Below, in pieces: positions 1 through 9,903 of a stretch of 52,982 nt of DNA; the first letter of the stretch is position 1, and every line of letters starts with the position of its first letter. The DNA is from Polaromonas sp. 28-63-22 (GTDB lineage: Bacteria > Pseudomonadota > Gammaproteobacteria > Burkholderiales > Burkholderiaceae_C). The notes under the pieces were generated by a model. The model was not told the DNA's origin. It worked only from the letters and a program-made list of their open reading frames with translations, and did not search any database. The stretch covers positions 1 through 52,982 of the forward strand of contig NCGI01000002.1 in assembly GCA_002256925.1 (NCBI GenBank), in the 5' to 3' direction. The position numbers and the translations under genes are program-made.

Positions 1-13
1 AGGGAGTGTTCTC

Positions 14-1150
14 ATGGAACGCGATCAGGCCAGTAAATTCATTCAGGATCTTCTGAAGCTGCTTGTCAGCCGCAACGGCAGTGACCTGTTCATCACCGGC
101 GATTTCCCGCCGGCGATCAAGGTCGATGGCAAGGTCACCAAGGTGTCGCCGCAGCCGCTCAATGCCACGCACACGCTGGCGCTGGCGCGCGCCATCATGA
201 ACGACAAGCAGGCGGCAGAATTCGAGCGCACCAAGGAATGCAACTTCGCCATTTCGCCGCCCGGCCTGGGCCGTTTTCGCGTCAACGCGTTCATCCAGCA
301 GGGCCAGGTCGGCATGGTGATGCGGGTGATTCCGGTGCAGCTGCCGACCATCGACGGACTCGGCATGCCGCAGGTGCTCAAAGACGTGGTGATGACCAAG
401 CGCGGCCTGACGATTCTGGTGGGCGCCACCGGCTCCGGCAAATCAACCACGCTGGCGGCGATGGTGGACTGGCGCAACGACCAGTCGTACGGCCACATCA
501 TCACGATCGAAGACCCGATCGAGTTCGTGCACCCGCACAAGAACTGCGTCATCACGCAGCGCGAAGTGGGCCTGGACACCGACAGCTGGGAGTCGGCGCT
601 GAAAAACACGCTGCGCCAGGCGCCCGACGTGATTTTGATGGGCGAGATTCGCGACCGTGAAACCATGGAACACGCGATTGCCTTTGCAGAAACCGGTCAC
701 CTGTGCATGGCCACGCTGCACGCCAACAGCGCCAACCAGGCGCTCGACCGCATCATCAACTTCTTCCCCGAGGAGCGCCGCAGCCAGTTGCTGATGGATC
801 TGTCGCTGAACCTGAAGGCGCTGGTGTCGCAGCGGCTGGTACCCAAGCAGGACGGCAAGGGCCGTTTCGCCGCCGTCGAAATCATGCTCAATTCACCGCT
901 GATTTCCGACCTGATCTTCAAGGGCGAGGTCAGCGAGATCAAGGAGATCATGAAGAAAAGCCGCCAGATCGGCATGCAGACCTTTGACCAGTCGCTGTTT
1001 GACGCCTTCGAGACTTTCCAGATCACCTACGAAGACGCGCTGCGCAATGCCGATTCGGTCAACGACCTGCGGCTGCAGATCAAGCTCAACAGCCAGCGCG
1101 CCAAGTCGGTCGATCTGGCCGCCGGCACCGAAAATTTCGCTATCGTCTGA
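14..1150 (+). CDS. pilU: Type IV pilus retraction ATPase PilU (PilT/PilU family)
   Basis: Walker A GATGSGKST, TIEDPIE, LRQAPDVILMGEIRD, ETGHL..ATLH and GMQTFDQSL motifs. NQALDRIINFFP is PilU-like rather than the PilT AIRNLIRE type. Confidence 0.9.
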   Translation: MERDQASKFIQDLLKLLVSRNGSDLFITGDFPPAIKVDGKVTKVSPQPLNATHTLALARAIMNDKQAAEFERTKECNFAISPPGLGRFRVNAFIQQGQVGMVMRVIPVQLPTIDGLGMPQVLKDVVMTKRGLTILVGATGSGKSTTLAAMVDWRNDQSYGHIITIEDPIEFVHPHKNCVITQREVGLDTDSWESALKNTLRQAPDVILMGEIRDRETMEHAIAFAETGHLCMATLHANSANQALDRIINFFPEERRSQLLMDLSLNLKALVSQRLVPKQDGKGRFAAVEIMLNSPLISDLIFKGEVSEIKEIMKKSRQIGMQTFDQSLFDAFETFQITYEDALRNADSVNDLRLQIKLNSQRAKSVDLAAGTENFAIV

Positions 1151-1197
1151 GCCCCGGCGACGCACCTCCGATTCACTTTCCCAACCGTATTGATTTG

Positions 1198-2112
1198 ATG
1201 TCCAGCACCAACCCCAAAACCTACGAAGCGTCCACACCCCACAAAGTTGCCTTTCTCGGGCTCGGCGTCATGGGCTACCCGATGGCGGCCCACCTGGCGC
1301 TCGCCGGCCATGAGGTCACGGTTTACAACCGGAACGCTACCAAATCCATAGCGTTCTGCGCTGAATACGCCAGCGCTGGTGGCCCCAAGCATGCCGCAAC
1401 GCCGGCCTTGGCCGCCGCCGGTGCCGCGATGGTTTTTTGCTGCGTCGGCAACGACGACGATCTTCGCTCCGTGACGCTGGGCGCTGACGGCGCGCTGGCC
1501 GGCATGAAGCCGGGCGCGGTCTTGGTCGATCACACCACGGCATCGGCCAGCGTGGCGCGCGAGTTGTATGCCGCCGCAAAAGATCTCGGCCTGCATTTCA
1601 TCGATGCGCCGGTCTCGGGCGGCCAGGCGGGCGCCCAGAACGGCGCGCTGACCGTGATGTGCGGTGGCGACGCCGCAGCCTTTGACGCTGTCAGGCCAGT
1701 GGGCCTGGCCTTTTCGAAGGCCTTCACGCGCATGGGTGAAAGCGGCGCCGGGCAGCTCACGAAAATGGTCAACCAGATCTGCATTGCCGGCCTGGTGCAG
1801 GGCTTGAGCGAGGCGATTGCCTTCGGTCAGAAGGCCGGGCTGGATGTGAACCAGGTGCTCGACGTGATTGGCAAGGGCGCGGCGCAGAGCTGGCAGCTCG
1901 ACAACCGGGGCAAGACCATGGTGGCCGACAAGTTCGATTTTGGTTTTGCCGTGGACTGGATGCGCAAGGACCTGGGCCTGGTCCTTGATGAGGCCAAACG
2001 CAACGGTGCGCGCTTGCCGGTGACCGCGCTGGTCGATCAGTTTTATGCCGACGTGCAGGCGCTGGGCGGGCAGCGCTGGGACACGTCCAGCCTGATCAGA
2101 CGGCTGAAATAG
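1198..2112 (+). CDS. NAD(P)-dependent beta-hydroxyacid dehydrogenase (3-hydroxyisobutyrate / 2-hydroxy-3-oxopropionate reductase family)
   Basis: FLGLGVMG Rossmann motif, DAPVSGG, KMVNQ and KDLGL motifs. Confidence 0.88.
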   Translation: MSSTNPKTYEASTPHKVAFLGLGVMGYPMAAHLALAGHEVTVYNRNATKSIAFCAEYASAGGPKHAATPALAAAGAAMVFCCVGNDDDLRSVTLGADGALAGMKPGAVLVDHTTASASVARELYAAAKDLGLHFIDAPVSGGQAGAQNGALTVMCGGDAAAFDAVRPVGLAFSKAFTRMGESGAGQLTKMVNQICIAGLVQGLSEAIAFGQKAGLDVNQVLDVIGKGAAQSWQLDNRGKTMVADKFDFGFAVDWMRKDLGLVLDEAKRNGARLPVTALVDQFYADVQALGGQRWDTSSLIRRLK

Positions 2113-2122
2113 CGTCCTGGTT

Positions 2123-2238
2123 CCAATACTGTTCGCTTAACCGTTCGGGCTGAGCCTGTCGAAGCCTCTTTGCGCTGGCACGACCCTTCGACAAGCTCAG
2201 GGCGAACGGAGTGAAAGCGCTTCAATGAACAGTATTGG
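2123..2238. repeat. REP-like nested palindromic element
   Basis: Outer 12-bp inverted repeat CCAATACTGTTC (2123-2134) / GAACAGTATTGG (2227-2238). Inner 24-bp inverted repeat 2141-2164 / 2186-2209 (21/24 matches) containing CTTCGACAAGCTCAGGGCGAACGG. Confidence 0.75.
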
Positions 2239-2240
2239 GT

Positions 2241-2408
2241 CTAGGAGCCTGTCGGACTTAGGAATCGTCGGCTGCAAATCGGCCGCAGCGGTCTATTTTT
2301 CGCCGCTTTCTTGACCAATATCTAGATATTGGCCTGCGAAATCGTCAAAAACTATCCTCGCTGGGGTCGATTTTCGCTTTCGACGACCTAAGCCCGACAG
2401 GCTCCTAG
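2241..2408. mobile_element. MITE-like non-autonomous element with CTAG at both ends
   Basis: 22-bp terminal inverted repeat with 1 mismatch (2241-2262 / 2387-2408), central perfect 18-bp palindrome CCAATATCTAGATATTGG (2315-2332), no credible ORF. Confidence 0.75.
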
Positions 2409-3073
2409 TTGGCGGGCGCCGAAGCCGGCAGCGCTGGCCGGGGTGCCGCGCTTTGCGCCGGCAAACCGCGCACCAGCTCATCTTCGGTGACCACTTCAAA
2501 GACCCGAACCACCTTCACGACGCCCGGTATGTCCCGTGCGATGTCGGTGGCGCGATCGGCCTCGCGCTGGGTGACGCGGCCCATCAGGTACACGGTGCCG
2601 CTTTCAGTAACCACCTTGAAGGCATTCAGAAACAGGTCTTTCGAATCCAGAATGCTCGCCTTGATGCGGCCGCTGATCAGCACGTCGTTGGAGCGCCGGC
2701 TCAGGCTGCTGACCGGACCGATCACCATTTCATTGACTACCGAGCGGACGTTCTCGACGCCCCGCACGATCTGGTCGACCAGCTGCTTTTCCCGTTCCGT
2801 GGGCGCCTCGCCGGTGACCAGCACCTGGCGGTTGTAGCTGGTCACGTTGACATGCGTGTTGTCGCCGACGCTGGCGCGAATGCGGGCACCCGCGCGCAGC
2901 TCGATACCTTCGTCTTCGAGCTGCGTGCCCGAGGTGCGGCGGTCGGTGGCGACCAGCGAACCGCCCGCCATGGCGCCGCCAACCACCAGCGGCACACAGG
3001 CCGTCAGCGTGCCTGCAAACAGGCCCGCCAGCGCGGCCGACAAAGCCAGTCGTTTCAAAAAGATACCGTTCAT
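2405..3073 (-). CDS. BON-domain lipoprotein (YraP/DolP-like)
   Basis: Lipobox LTAC, DRRT..TQLED motif, two BON domains; adjacent to gmhA/diaA-yraN-rsmI as in the conserved cluster. Confidence 0.88.
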   Translation of the reverse strand: MNGIFLKRLALSAALAGLFAGTLTACVPLVVGGAMAGGSLVATDRRTSGTQLEDEGIELRAGARIRASVGDNTHVNVTSYNRQVLVTGEAPTEREKQLVDQIVRGVENVRSVVNEMVIGPVSSLSRRSNDVLISGRIKASILDSKDLFLNAFKVVTESGTVYLMGRVTQREADRATDIARDIPGVVKVVRVFEVVTEDELVRGLPAQSAAPRPALPASAPAN

Positions 3074-3669
3074 GTTGAAGACTCCTGATCACCAAGTAGC
3101 TGGGTGTCCACACCATCGCAAATGCAATGGAGGACGAGAAGGTGCACTTCCTGGATGCGCGCGGTCCGTTCGTGGGGCACACAGATATGCACATCGGTTT
3201 CGCGCAGGGCCTGGGTCATCTTGCCGCCGCCGCGCCCGGTGAGCGCCACCACCGTCATGTCGCGCTCGTGCGCGGCTTCTATCGCCTTCAGCACGTTGGC
3301 CGAATTGCCGCTGGTGCTCAGCGCCAGCAGCACGTCGCCGGCACTGCCCAGCGCCCGCACCTGCTTGGAGAAAATGACGCTGAAGTCGTAGTCGTTGGCA
3401 ATCGCCGTGAGAATGGAGCTGTCGGTCGTCAGCGCGATGGCACCCAGCTCGGGGCGTTCGCGTTCGTAGCGGCCGACAAACTCGGCTGCAAAATGCTGCG
3501 CATCGGCCGCCGAGCCACCGTTACCGCACGCCAGGACCTTGCCGCCGCTGGTCACGCTGGCCAAAATGGCCTGTACGGCCGCTGCGATGGGTTTGGAAAG
3601 AACCTGGGCCGCCTGGTATTTCAGATCGGCGCTGTCGATGAATTGCTGTTCAATACGTTGTTCGAGCAT
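3070..3669 (-). CDS. gmhA: SIS-domain phosphoheptose isomerase GmhA / DiaA family
   Basis: [22 protein letters not shown] and RIQEVH motifs. Synteny would also fit diaA. Confidence 0.8.
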   Translation of the reverse strand: MLEQRIEQQFIDSADLKYQAAQVLSKPIAAAVQAILASVTSGGKVLACGNGGSAADAQHFAAEFVGRYERERPELGAIALTTDSSILTAIANDYDFSVIFSKQVRALGSAGDVLLALSTSGNSANVLKAIEAAHERDMTVVALTGRGGGKMTQALRETDVHICVPHERTARIQEVHLLVLHCICDGVDTQLLGDQESST

Positions 3670-3738
3670 GGCTTGATGATACCGGGTTGAACTCGGGCAT
3701 ATGGGTCTTCGCCGGGCGAACGCAAGGCCTGCGCCGCT

Positions 3739-4206
3739 TCATGAGGCATCGAACGCTGCCGGCAGCCATTCGAGTGTTGCCTCGCGTCCCGGCTCGCCCG
3801 CGCCGTGTACCAGCACCACGTCGAAACGGCACGGCGGCATCCGGGCGAAGCGCATCAGGTAGTGGCGCGCGGCAAAAATGATGCGCTGCTGCTTGCTGCG
3901 GCCGATGCTGGCCGCCGCGCCGCCATGCGTCGCGCTGGCGCGCTGGCGCACCTCGACAAACACCAGCGTGCCGTCGGGCGCGCGCATGACGAGGTCAATC
4001 TCGCCGCCGCCCCGGCCCGGTGTCTTGAAATTGGCCTCGATGAAGGTGAGACCGGCCCGCGCCAGAAAGCGCCGCGCGGCAGACTCCGCCGCATCGCCAC
4101 GCGACTTGGTGGTAGGCTGTAGCAGCGCTGTTTCAGCCCTGCCCTGCCCGGGCCCGGCCACCTCGCCTGCCGCTGGCGGCGCCGTCTGTTTTCTGGAAAA
4201 CCACAT
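3739..4206 (-). CDS. yraN: YraN family (UPF0102) putative nuclease
   Basis: GEIDLVM, LVFVEVR and CRFDVV motifs; start taken at ATG 4206 (MWFSRK). Confidence 0.88.
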   Translation of the reverse strand: MWFSRKQTAPPAAGEVAGPGQGRAETALLQPTTKSRGDAAESAARRFLARAGLTFIEANFKTPGRGGGEIDLVMRAPDGTLVFVEVRQRASATHGGAAASIGRSKQQRIIFAARHYLMRFARMPPCRFDVVLVHGAGEPGREATLEWLPAAFDAS

Positions 4207-5105
4207 TGAACGCTTCTTTCGAACTGGCTCTGGACGCCGCGCGTGCCGCAGCAGGCATGCAGCATTATCCCGAGGCCACACTGTACGTGGTGGCCACCCC
4301 CATCGGCAACCTGGCGGACATCACCCTGCGCGCCCTGCACGTGCTGCAGCGGGTCGATGCGATTGCCTGCGAGGACACGCGCCACACGCAGCCGCTGCTG
4401 CGGCACTATGGCGTCGACAAACCGCTGCTGGCGGTGCACGAGCACAACGAGGCCCAGGCCGCCGGGCTGGTGATCGAACGGCTGCAGCGCGGCGAACGCG
4501 TGGCGTATGTGAGCGACGCCGGCACGCCCGCCGTGAGCGACCCCGGTGCGCGGCTGGTGGCGGCTGTGCAGGCAGCCGGTTTCAGGGTCATGCCGCTGCC
4601 CGGCGCCAGCAGTGTGACCACCGTCCTCAGCGTGGCGGGCCTGGCGGGCGGCTCGGGCAGCGCGGCATTTGTCTTTGCCGGCTTTTTGCCCAGCAAGGCG
4701 GGCGAACGCGACCAGGCCATTGCCCTGCTGGCGCTCGATCCGCGCGCCACCGTGCTTCTTGAGGCACCGCACCGCATTGAAGCGCTGGCCCGCGCCATGA
4801 TGCCGCTGGCCGACCGGCTCGTCACCGTGGGCCGTGAACTGACCAAGCAGTTCGAGGAGATCGCCACCATGCCGGCGCAGGACCTGGCCGCCTGGCTGGC
4901 CGCGGGTCCGCAGCGCACGCGCGGGGAATTCGCCCTGGTTCTGCACCCCGCCGCAGCGCAGGAAGCCCCGCGCGACAACACGCGCGTGCTGCAACTGCTG
5001 CTGGCCGAGTTGCCGCTGAAAACGGCCGTCAAGCTGGCGGCAGACATCACCGGCTCGCCGCGCAACGAGCTGTACGACGCCGCGCTGGCGCTGAAAAAAG
5101 GATGA
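4206..5105 (+). CDS. rsmI: 16S rRNA (cytidine1402-2'-O)-methyltransferase
   Basis: LYVVATPIGNLADIT, CEDTRHT, SDAGTPAVSDPG and RELTKQFEE motifs. Confidence 0.93.
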   Translation: MNASFELALDAARAAAGMQHYPEATLYVVATPIGNLADITLRALHVLQRVDAIACEDTRHTQPLLRHYGVDKPLLAVHEHNEAQAAGLVIERLQRGERVAYVSDAGTPAVSDPGARLVAAVQAAGFRVMPLPGASSVTTVLSVAGLAGGSGSAAFVFAGFLPSKAGERDQAIALLALDPRATVLLEAPHRIEALARAMMPLADRLVTVGRELTKQFEEIATMPAQDLAAWLAAGPQRTRGEFALVLHPAAAQEAPRDNTRVLQLLLAELPLKTAVKLAADITGSPRNELYDAALALKKG

Positions 5106-6334
5106 ATCCGAACGCCGACCAGCTCTGGCACGGCCCGCGCTGGACACTTGCCGTCCTGCTGGCCGTACTGGGCATGCTCGGCCCGTTTTCCATCGACACC
5201 TACATTCCCGCCTTTGCGGGCATCGGCAGCTCGCTGGGGGCCACGCCGGTCGAGATGCAACAGACGCTCTCGGCCTACCTGTTCGGCTTCGCGTTCATGA
5301 ACCTGTTCCATGGCGCCCTGGCCGACAGCTTTGGCCGCAGGCCGGTGGTGCTGTGGGGCATTGCCATGTTCACGCTGGCCTCGGCGGGCTGCGCATGGTC
5401 ACAAAGCGTCGAGCAACTGGTGTTCTTTCGGGCGCTACAGGGCCTTTCGACCGGCGCGGGCATTGTGGTGTCGCGTGCCGTCATCCGTGACATGTACCCG
5501 CCCGCGCAGGCGCAGCAGGTCATGAGCCAGGTCACGATCTACTTCGGCGTGGCCCCGGCCCTGGCTCCCATCGTGGGCGGCTGGCTGTTCGTGCATCTGG
5601 GCTGGCACAGCATTTTCTGGTTTCTGACGGCCATTGGCGGCGTCTTGTGGGTGACGAATTTCAGGTTTTTGCCCGAAACCCTGGCTGTCGAAGCGCGACA
5701 GCCGTTCGAGGTCAAACACCTGATGCGCGGCTACTGGCAGCTCGGCTCCAGCCCGCGGTTTTTACTGCTGGCGCTGGCGAGTGGCGTGCCCTTCAACGGC
5801 ATGTTTTTGTATGTGCTGTCGGCGCCGGCTTTTCTGGGCGACCTGCTGCACCTGCAGCCGACGCAGTTTTTCTGGTTCTTTGTGCTGACCATCTCCGGCA
5901 TCATGTCGGGCGCCTGGCTGAGCGGGCGGCTGGCCGGAAAGATTGCTCCCAAGCAGCAGATACGCCACGGCTTCGTCATCATGCTGAGCGTTTCGGTCAT
6001 CAATCTGGCGACCAACCTGCTGTTTCCGGCCCACGTCGCGTGGGCGCTGTTTCCGATTGCCCTGTTTGCCTTCGGCTGGGCGCTGATGGTGCCTGTGGTG
6101 ACGCTGCTGGTGCTCGACCTCTACCCCGAACGGCGCGGCATGGCCTCGTCGCTGCAGGCTTTCATCGGTTCAAGCGCCAACGGCATTGTGGCCGGCGTCA
6201 TTGCGCCCCTCGTGATGCATTCCGCGCCGGCTCTGGCGGCAGCCTCGCTGGGCATGATGTGCATCGGGCTGCTGGCCTGGGTTTACCTGCACCACCGCTG
6301 GCCTGAAATCGGCCGTTCGGTCGCCAGCGACTGA
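5102..6334 (+). CDS. Bcr/CflA family MFS drug efflux transporter
   Basis: FSIDTYIPAF, motif A GALADSFGRRPV, about 12 hydrophobic segments. Confidence 0.88.
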   Translation: MNPNADQLWHGPRWTLAVLLAVLGMLGPFSIDTYIPAFAGIGSSLGATPVEMQQTLSAYLFGFAFMNLFHGALADSFGRRPVVLWGIAMFTLASAGCAWSQSVEQLVFFRALQGLSTGAGIVVSRAVIRDMYPPAQAQQVMSQVTIYFGVAPALAPIVGGWLFVHLGWHSIFWFLTAIGGVLWVTNFRFLPETLAVEARQPFEVKHLMRGYWQLGSSPRFLLLALASGVPFNGMFLYVLSAPAFLGDLLHLQPTQFFWFFVLTISGIMSGAWLSGRLAGKIAPKQQIRHGFVIMLSVSVINLATNLLFPAHVAWALFPIALFAFGWALMVPVVTLLVLDLYPERRGMASSLQAFIGSSANGIVAGVIAPLVMHSAPALAAASLGMMCIGLLAWVYLHHRWPEIGRSVASD

Positions 6335-6345
6335 ACGTGTCCGGA

Positions 6346-6831
6346 TCAGAACGGGCGCCAGCGTTCGTCGCGGTAGTCGATGCCCTGCGCGGTGCGCTGA
6401 ACGACGTTGGCCGCATCAAGGTACACATAGTAAAACATGTCCGTCGTGACGTCGCGCCAGCGGTAGGTCATGATGTCCGTGGGCCAGGACGCCACGTGGT
6501 CGATGGACGCCGGCGGGCCGAAGTCCCGCTCGACGTCGGCGCGCGTCCACGTGCCGGGCGTGATCTTCATCAGTTCGGCCGCCGTCAGCATTTCGCGGAC
6601 CCGTACGACCCGTCCACTGGCGTCGAGATCGACCATCACCGCTGACTGGCCGAAGGGCTGCCGCGAATACTGCAGGCGCGTTCCGCTGGCCAGCGCCACC
6701 ACCCGGGTTGGCGTGCCGTACACGGCCATCACGTCGGCCTGCGACATGCCGGGCTTGACCGGCGTCAGTGCGCAACCCGCCAGCAAAAGGGCCGCAACAG
6801 CGGCGCCGAACCAGGCTTTCGTAGTTTTCAT
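6346..6831 (-). CDS. Lipoprotein with tandem SmpA/BamE-like repeats
   Basis: MKTTK... signal with lipobox LAGC; two repeats (KPGMSQADV..YG.P and TPGTWTRADV..FG.P). Confidence 0.65.
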   Translation of the reverse strand: MKTTKAWFGAAVAALLLAGCALTPVKPGMSQADVMAVYGTPTRVVALASGTRLQYSRQPFGQSAVMVDLDASGRVVRVREMLTAAELMKITPGTWTRADVERDFGPPASIDHVASWPTDIMTYRWRDVTTDMFYYVYLDAANVVQRTAQGIDYRDERWRPF

Positions 6832-6904
6832 GAAGCGCTCCAGAGAGGGTGACGCATGGGTGCGTGGCCAGCTTGCCGCGGGCCGGCACCCCGGGCTGGA
6901 CCCA

Positions 6905-7225
6905 TCAGAGAGGCGAATGGTCGCTTTGTCCGTTGCCACGGCTACGGTCGTCCGCGCGGTGGGGCCGGCTGCGGGGCGCGGAATCGACGGGTTGGCTCTC
7001 GGCCGGCAGGGTCACGGCCGCCTTGAGCGCCCGGATTGCAACAGTCCTTTTCATATCTTCGCGCCACAACAAAAACTCCTGCTCATCGGGCAATGGCCCG
7101 TGTCCGCGTTGGTAAAGACTGACTTTTTTCAGAAACGTATCGCAGCGGTCCCGCCGAAGCGCCTCTTCAGAGCGCTCCTGATGGACTGCGTCGCGCAGCT
7201 GGTCGAAATGGGATGAATGGGGCAT
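6905..7225 (-). CDS. Hypothetical protein
   Basis: ORF in the same orientation as its neighbours; no recognisable motif. Confidence 0.4.
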   Translation of the reverse strand: MPHSSHFDQLRDAVHQERSEEALRRDRCDTFLKKVSLYQRGHGPLPDEQEFLLWREDMKRTVAIRALKAAVTLPAESQPVDSAPRSRPHRADDRSRGNGQSDHSPL

Positions 7226-7392
7226 ACAGGCACGGCCTTGAACCACGGGACAGTCAGTTTCCGGTAAATCCCAAAAAGGTGCAATGTTTTAAGACACAGG
7301 CGGCAATATTTACCATCCCGCGCCTCAACAAGCATCGGGCGTGCCATGTCAAACGAATGCGGCAAAGTAGCGCGGCGACCGAATCCGCAGTG

Positions 7393-8010
7393 TTAGGCAA
7401 TCTGCTCGACCTGCGCCACCGACCGCGCGTCGGTACACCAGACGTCCAGCACAAAGTCGGCGTCCCTGAAACCGGCCTGATGGGGCATATCCAGCCGGTC
7501 TGCGATGCGCGCATGGACGTCGTCGCCGCCCAGAACACACCCCTCAATCGACCGCCGCCAATGGCAGGCCAGCACGGTCGCCCCGGGGCGCAATGAAGTG
7601 CGCACCTTGTCGATCAGCGTATCCAAGGCTTCCGGTTGAAGAAAGTAGCCAAGCTCGCTGATCACGATGAGATCGAACGTCTCCGCAGGCCATTGCCCGG
7701 GCACCCAGGCCTGGATGACCGCCACATGGGGCAGCGACTGAACGCGCTGGCGCGCCACGTCCACGGCGCGCGGCGTGCCGTCTGAAATGAGCAGCCGGTC
7801 GCAGCGCGTGGCCAGCGCCGCTGACAGCTCGCCGTTGGCACAGCCCGGCTCGAAGGCGCTGGCATAGCGCTGGCGTGGCAGCATGGCCAGCGTCAGCGCC
7901 CGTTTTCTCGCCTCGTACCAGCGCGACTTGAACCGCCAGGGGTCATCGCTGTCTGCAAACATGGCCTCGAAATAGGCCGGGGAGATGGGCAGTGAAGGCG
8001 AGGACGTCAC
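7393..8010 (-). CDS. NodS-like SAM-dependent methyltransferase
   Basis: DPW....RWYE.RKR, EPGCANGELS and FDLIVISELGYFL motifs. Confidence 0.85.
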   Translation of the reverse strand: MTSSPSLPISPAYFEAMFADSDDPWRFKSRWYEARKRALTLAMLPRQRYASAFEPGCANGELSAALATRCDRLLISDGTPRAVDVARQRVQSLPHVAVIQAWVPGQWPAETFDLIVISELGYFLQPEALDTLIDKVRTSLRPGATVLACHWRRSIEGCVLGGDDVHARIADRLDMPHQAGFRDADFVLDVWCTDARSVAQVEQIA

Positions 8011-8023
8011 GCGCGGCGCCGCT

Positions 8024-8833
8024 TCAAACGAAGAAATATTCGCTGCGCCGGGTCAGCCTTTCAAGCATGGCGGGGCCAAGAACCGGGCCCACGGCGCTGC
8101 CACGCGGCTCCAGCTGGCTCGCGTGCGCCGCCAGCGCACGCTGCTTGCCGGCGACCTCCCGCGACGTCAGGCCAAGGCCGACCAGGCGGTGCCACGGCAC
8201 TTGGGGATCGCCGGGCCGGCTCCAGTGCCACATCCATACCGGCGCCTGCAGCAGGCAGCAATGCGCCGCCCCGCATGCGCCGGCGGCGGCGTCGCCACAG
8301 GCTTCATGGTCCGGATGCCCATCGCGCCGCCAGGTGGTCACGACGATGTCGCCCCAGCGGACCACGCGCCTGAGCTGCTCTTCCAGCGCCGTGGCGTGAC
8401 CGGCAACGTTGCCGTCGGGCAATCCGAGACGGTGAACCTCGGTGCCCGCGCAGCCCAGCCGCGACAAGCCCTGCAATCTTTCGGTCCGGCGCACTTCGGC
8501 CAGTTTGGTGGCACGCCAGGACGACACCCCGGCATGGCTGGCCTCACCGTCGGTCACCGCGACCACCAGGGTGCTGCCGCCTCGCGCAGCGTGCATCGCC
8601 ATCAGGCCGCCACAGGCCAGAATCTCGTCGTCTGGATGCGGCGCCACGACCACCAGCCGCATCGCGGGATGCATCCATTTCTCAATCGGCAGCGATTCAA
8701 TGGCGTCAAGACCCTGCCAGGTCTGCCAGGTCGTTTCTGGCGTTCCGTCGTCGCGGATGCGGGGTTGCTCCAGCGCATGCGCGGGGAGGTCCACCTCCGG
8801 CGGGTCCATCACCACAGACTCTAGAGCGCCCAT
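8024..8833 (-). CDS. PIG-L/LmbE family N-acetylhexosamine deacetylase
   Basis: APHPDDE, TDGEASH, DGHPDH and HASQL metal-binding motifs. Confidence 0.88.
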   Translation of the reverse strand: MGALESVVMDPPEVDLPAHALEQPRIRDDGTPETTWQTWQGLDAIESLPIEKWMHPAMRLVVVAPHPDDEILACGGLMAMHAARGGSTLVVAVTDGEASHAGVSSWRATKLAEVRRTERLQGLSRLGCAGTEVHRLGLPDGNVAGHATALEEQLRRVVRWGDIVVTTWRRDGHPDHEACGDAAAGACGAAHCCLLQAPVWMWHWSRPGDPQVPWHRLVGLGLTSREVAGKQRALAAHASQLEPRGSAVGPVLGPAMLERLTRRSEYFFV

Positions 8834-9903
8834 AAGTCATTCTCCCGAAAAGGCAGTTTTTCTGCTAACGCGGCGTAGTCGCGATCAGCATGGCTTTGCC
8901 GCACAAAAACAGGCAGGTCGGCCGCCATGCGGGCGAAGGCGGCATCGGTGCAATAAGGCGTGGGGCCCCAGGCAGATCCCACCTCGTCAAGCACCTGGGT
9001 CGCGCAGCGGGCAGCGGCCAGCCGGACGCGCAGCGCGACCAGACTGGCATCTTCGCGGGGGTGCTGGTCGATCCAGCTTGCCGCATGCTGCAGCATCAGG
9101 GACACACCCTGCAGCAGGACGTCAACCCGGCCAGCAGCGGCCAGCCGGAACGGGCTGCGCAGGGCGGCCGAACCTTGCAAAATCGACTGGCGAAACGCCT
9201 CGGCAAGCGCCACAGCGCCGCCGTACCAGCAGGCCGCAATGCCCGCGCCGCCGTGCCAGAAGCCGGGCCGCGACACGTAGGCGCCGGCCCCGCCGACCCG
9301 GTAGGCACGGGCTGCATGAAAACGCACCTGAAGACTCGCGCTGCCGGCCATGCCCACCGCCTTCCACCGGTCCGAGCGCACCTCCACACCGGGCTGCGCC
9401 AGATTAACGCGGACGAGTTGTGAACACGACTCGTCCGGGTGCCAGGCCGTCACCAGGGCATGGGTTCCGGTCTGGGCGCCTGAGCACCAGTGTTTGACAC
9501 CGCGCAACAGCACGGCACCAGGTTCTCCGGCCGGGTCCGGTTCGATGCCGAGCCTGCCGTCAGGCCCTTCCGACGCCCAGACGCCCCAGATGCCGTCCGT
9601 GCCCGTGAACTCCCGCTTGCTTTCAGTGCCCTCCAGTTCGGCAAGAATGGCCAGCGCATCGGTGTGACCTTCATAGAGTTTGGCCAGCGACAGGTCGTGT
9701 CCGGCCACCGCCGCCAGCGCACGCCAGCGCTCGAGGGTTTGGCCCGCGCCGGGCAGCGGTAGAGCATCCAGCCCCTGGGCGACAAGCTCGCGCAGGCGCA
9801 CCGCCGGGTCAAAAGTGCCGTCCGCCTTTTGCAGGGCCGCACGCAACTGCCGGGCGCTTGCGGTGGGAGCAACGCTGCTCAGGCGGCCATCGGCAGCACC
9901 CAT
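8821..9903 (-). CDS. Acyl-CoA dehydrogenase-like protein
   Basis: LAKLYEGHTDALAIL, G.KHWCSGA, W.AVGM and ADLPVFVRQSH motifs. Start uncertain; ATG 9903 overlaps the end of the GT2 gene. Confidence 0.78.
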   Translation of the reverse strand: MGAADGRLSSVAPTASARQLRAALQKADGTFDPAVRLRELVAQGLDALPLPGAGQTLERWRALAAVAGHDLSLAKLYEGHTDALAILAELEGTESKREFTGTDGIWGVWASEGPDGRLGIEPDPAGEPGAVLLRGVKHWCSGAQTGTHALVTAWHPDESCSQLVRVNLAQPGVEVRSDRWKAVGMAGSASLQVRFHAARAYRVGGAGAYVSRPGFWHGGAGIAACWYGGAVALAEAFRQSILQGSAALRSPFRLAAAGRVDVLLQGVSLMLQHAASWIDQHPREDASLVALRVRLAAARCATQVLDEVGSAWGPTPYCTDAAFARMAADLPVFVRQSHADRDYAALAEKLPFRENDLWAL

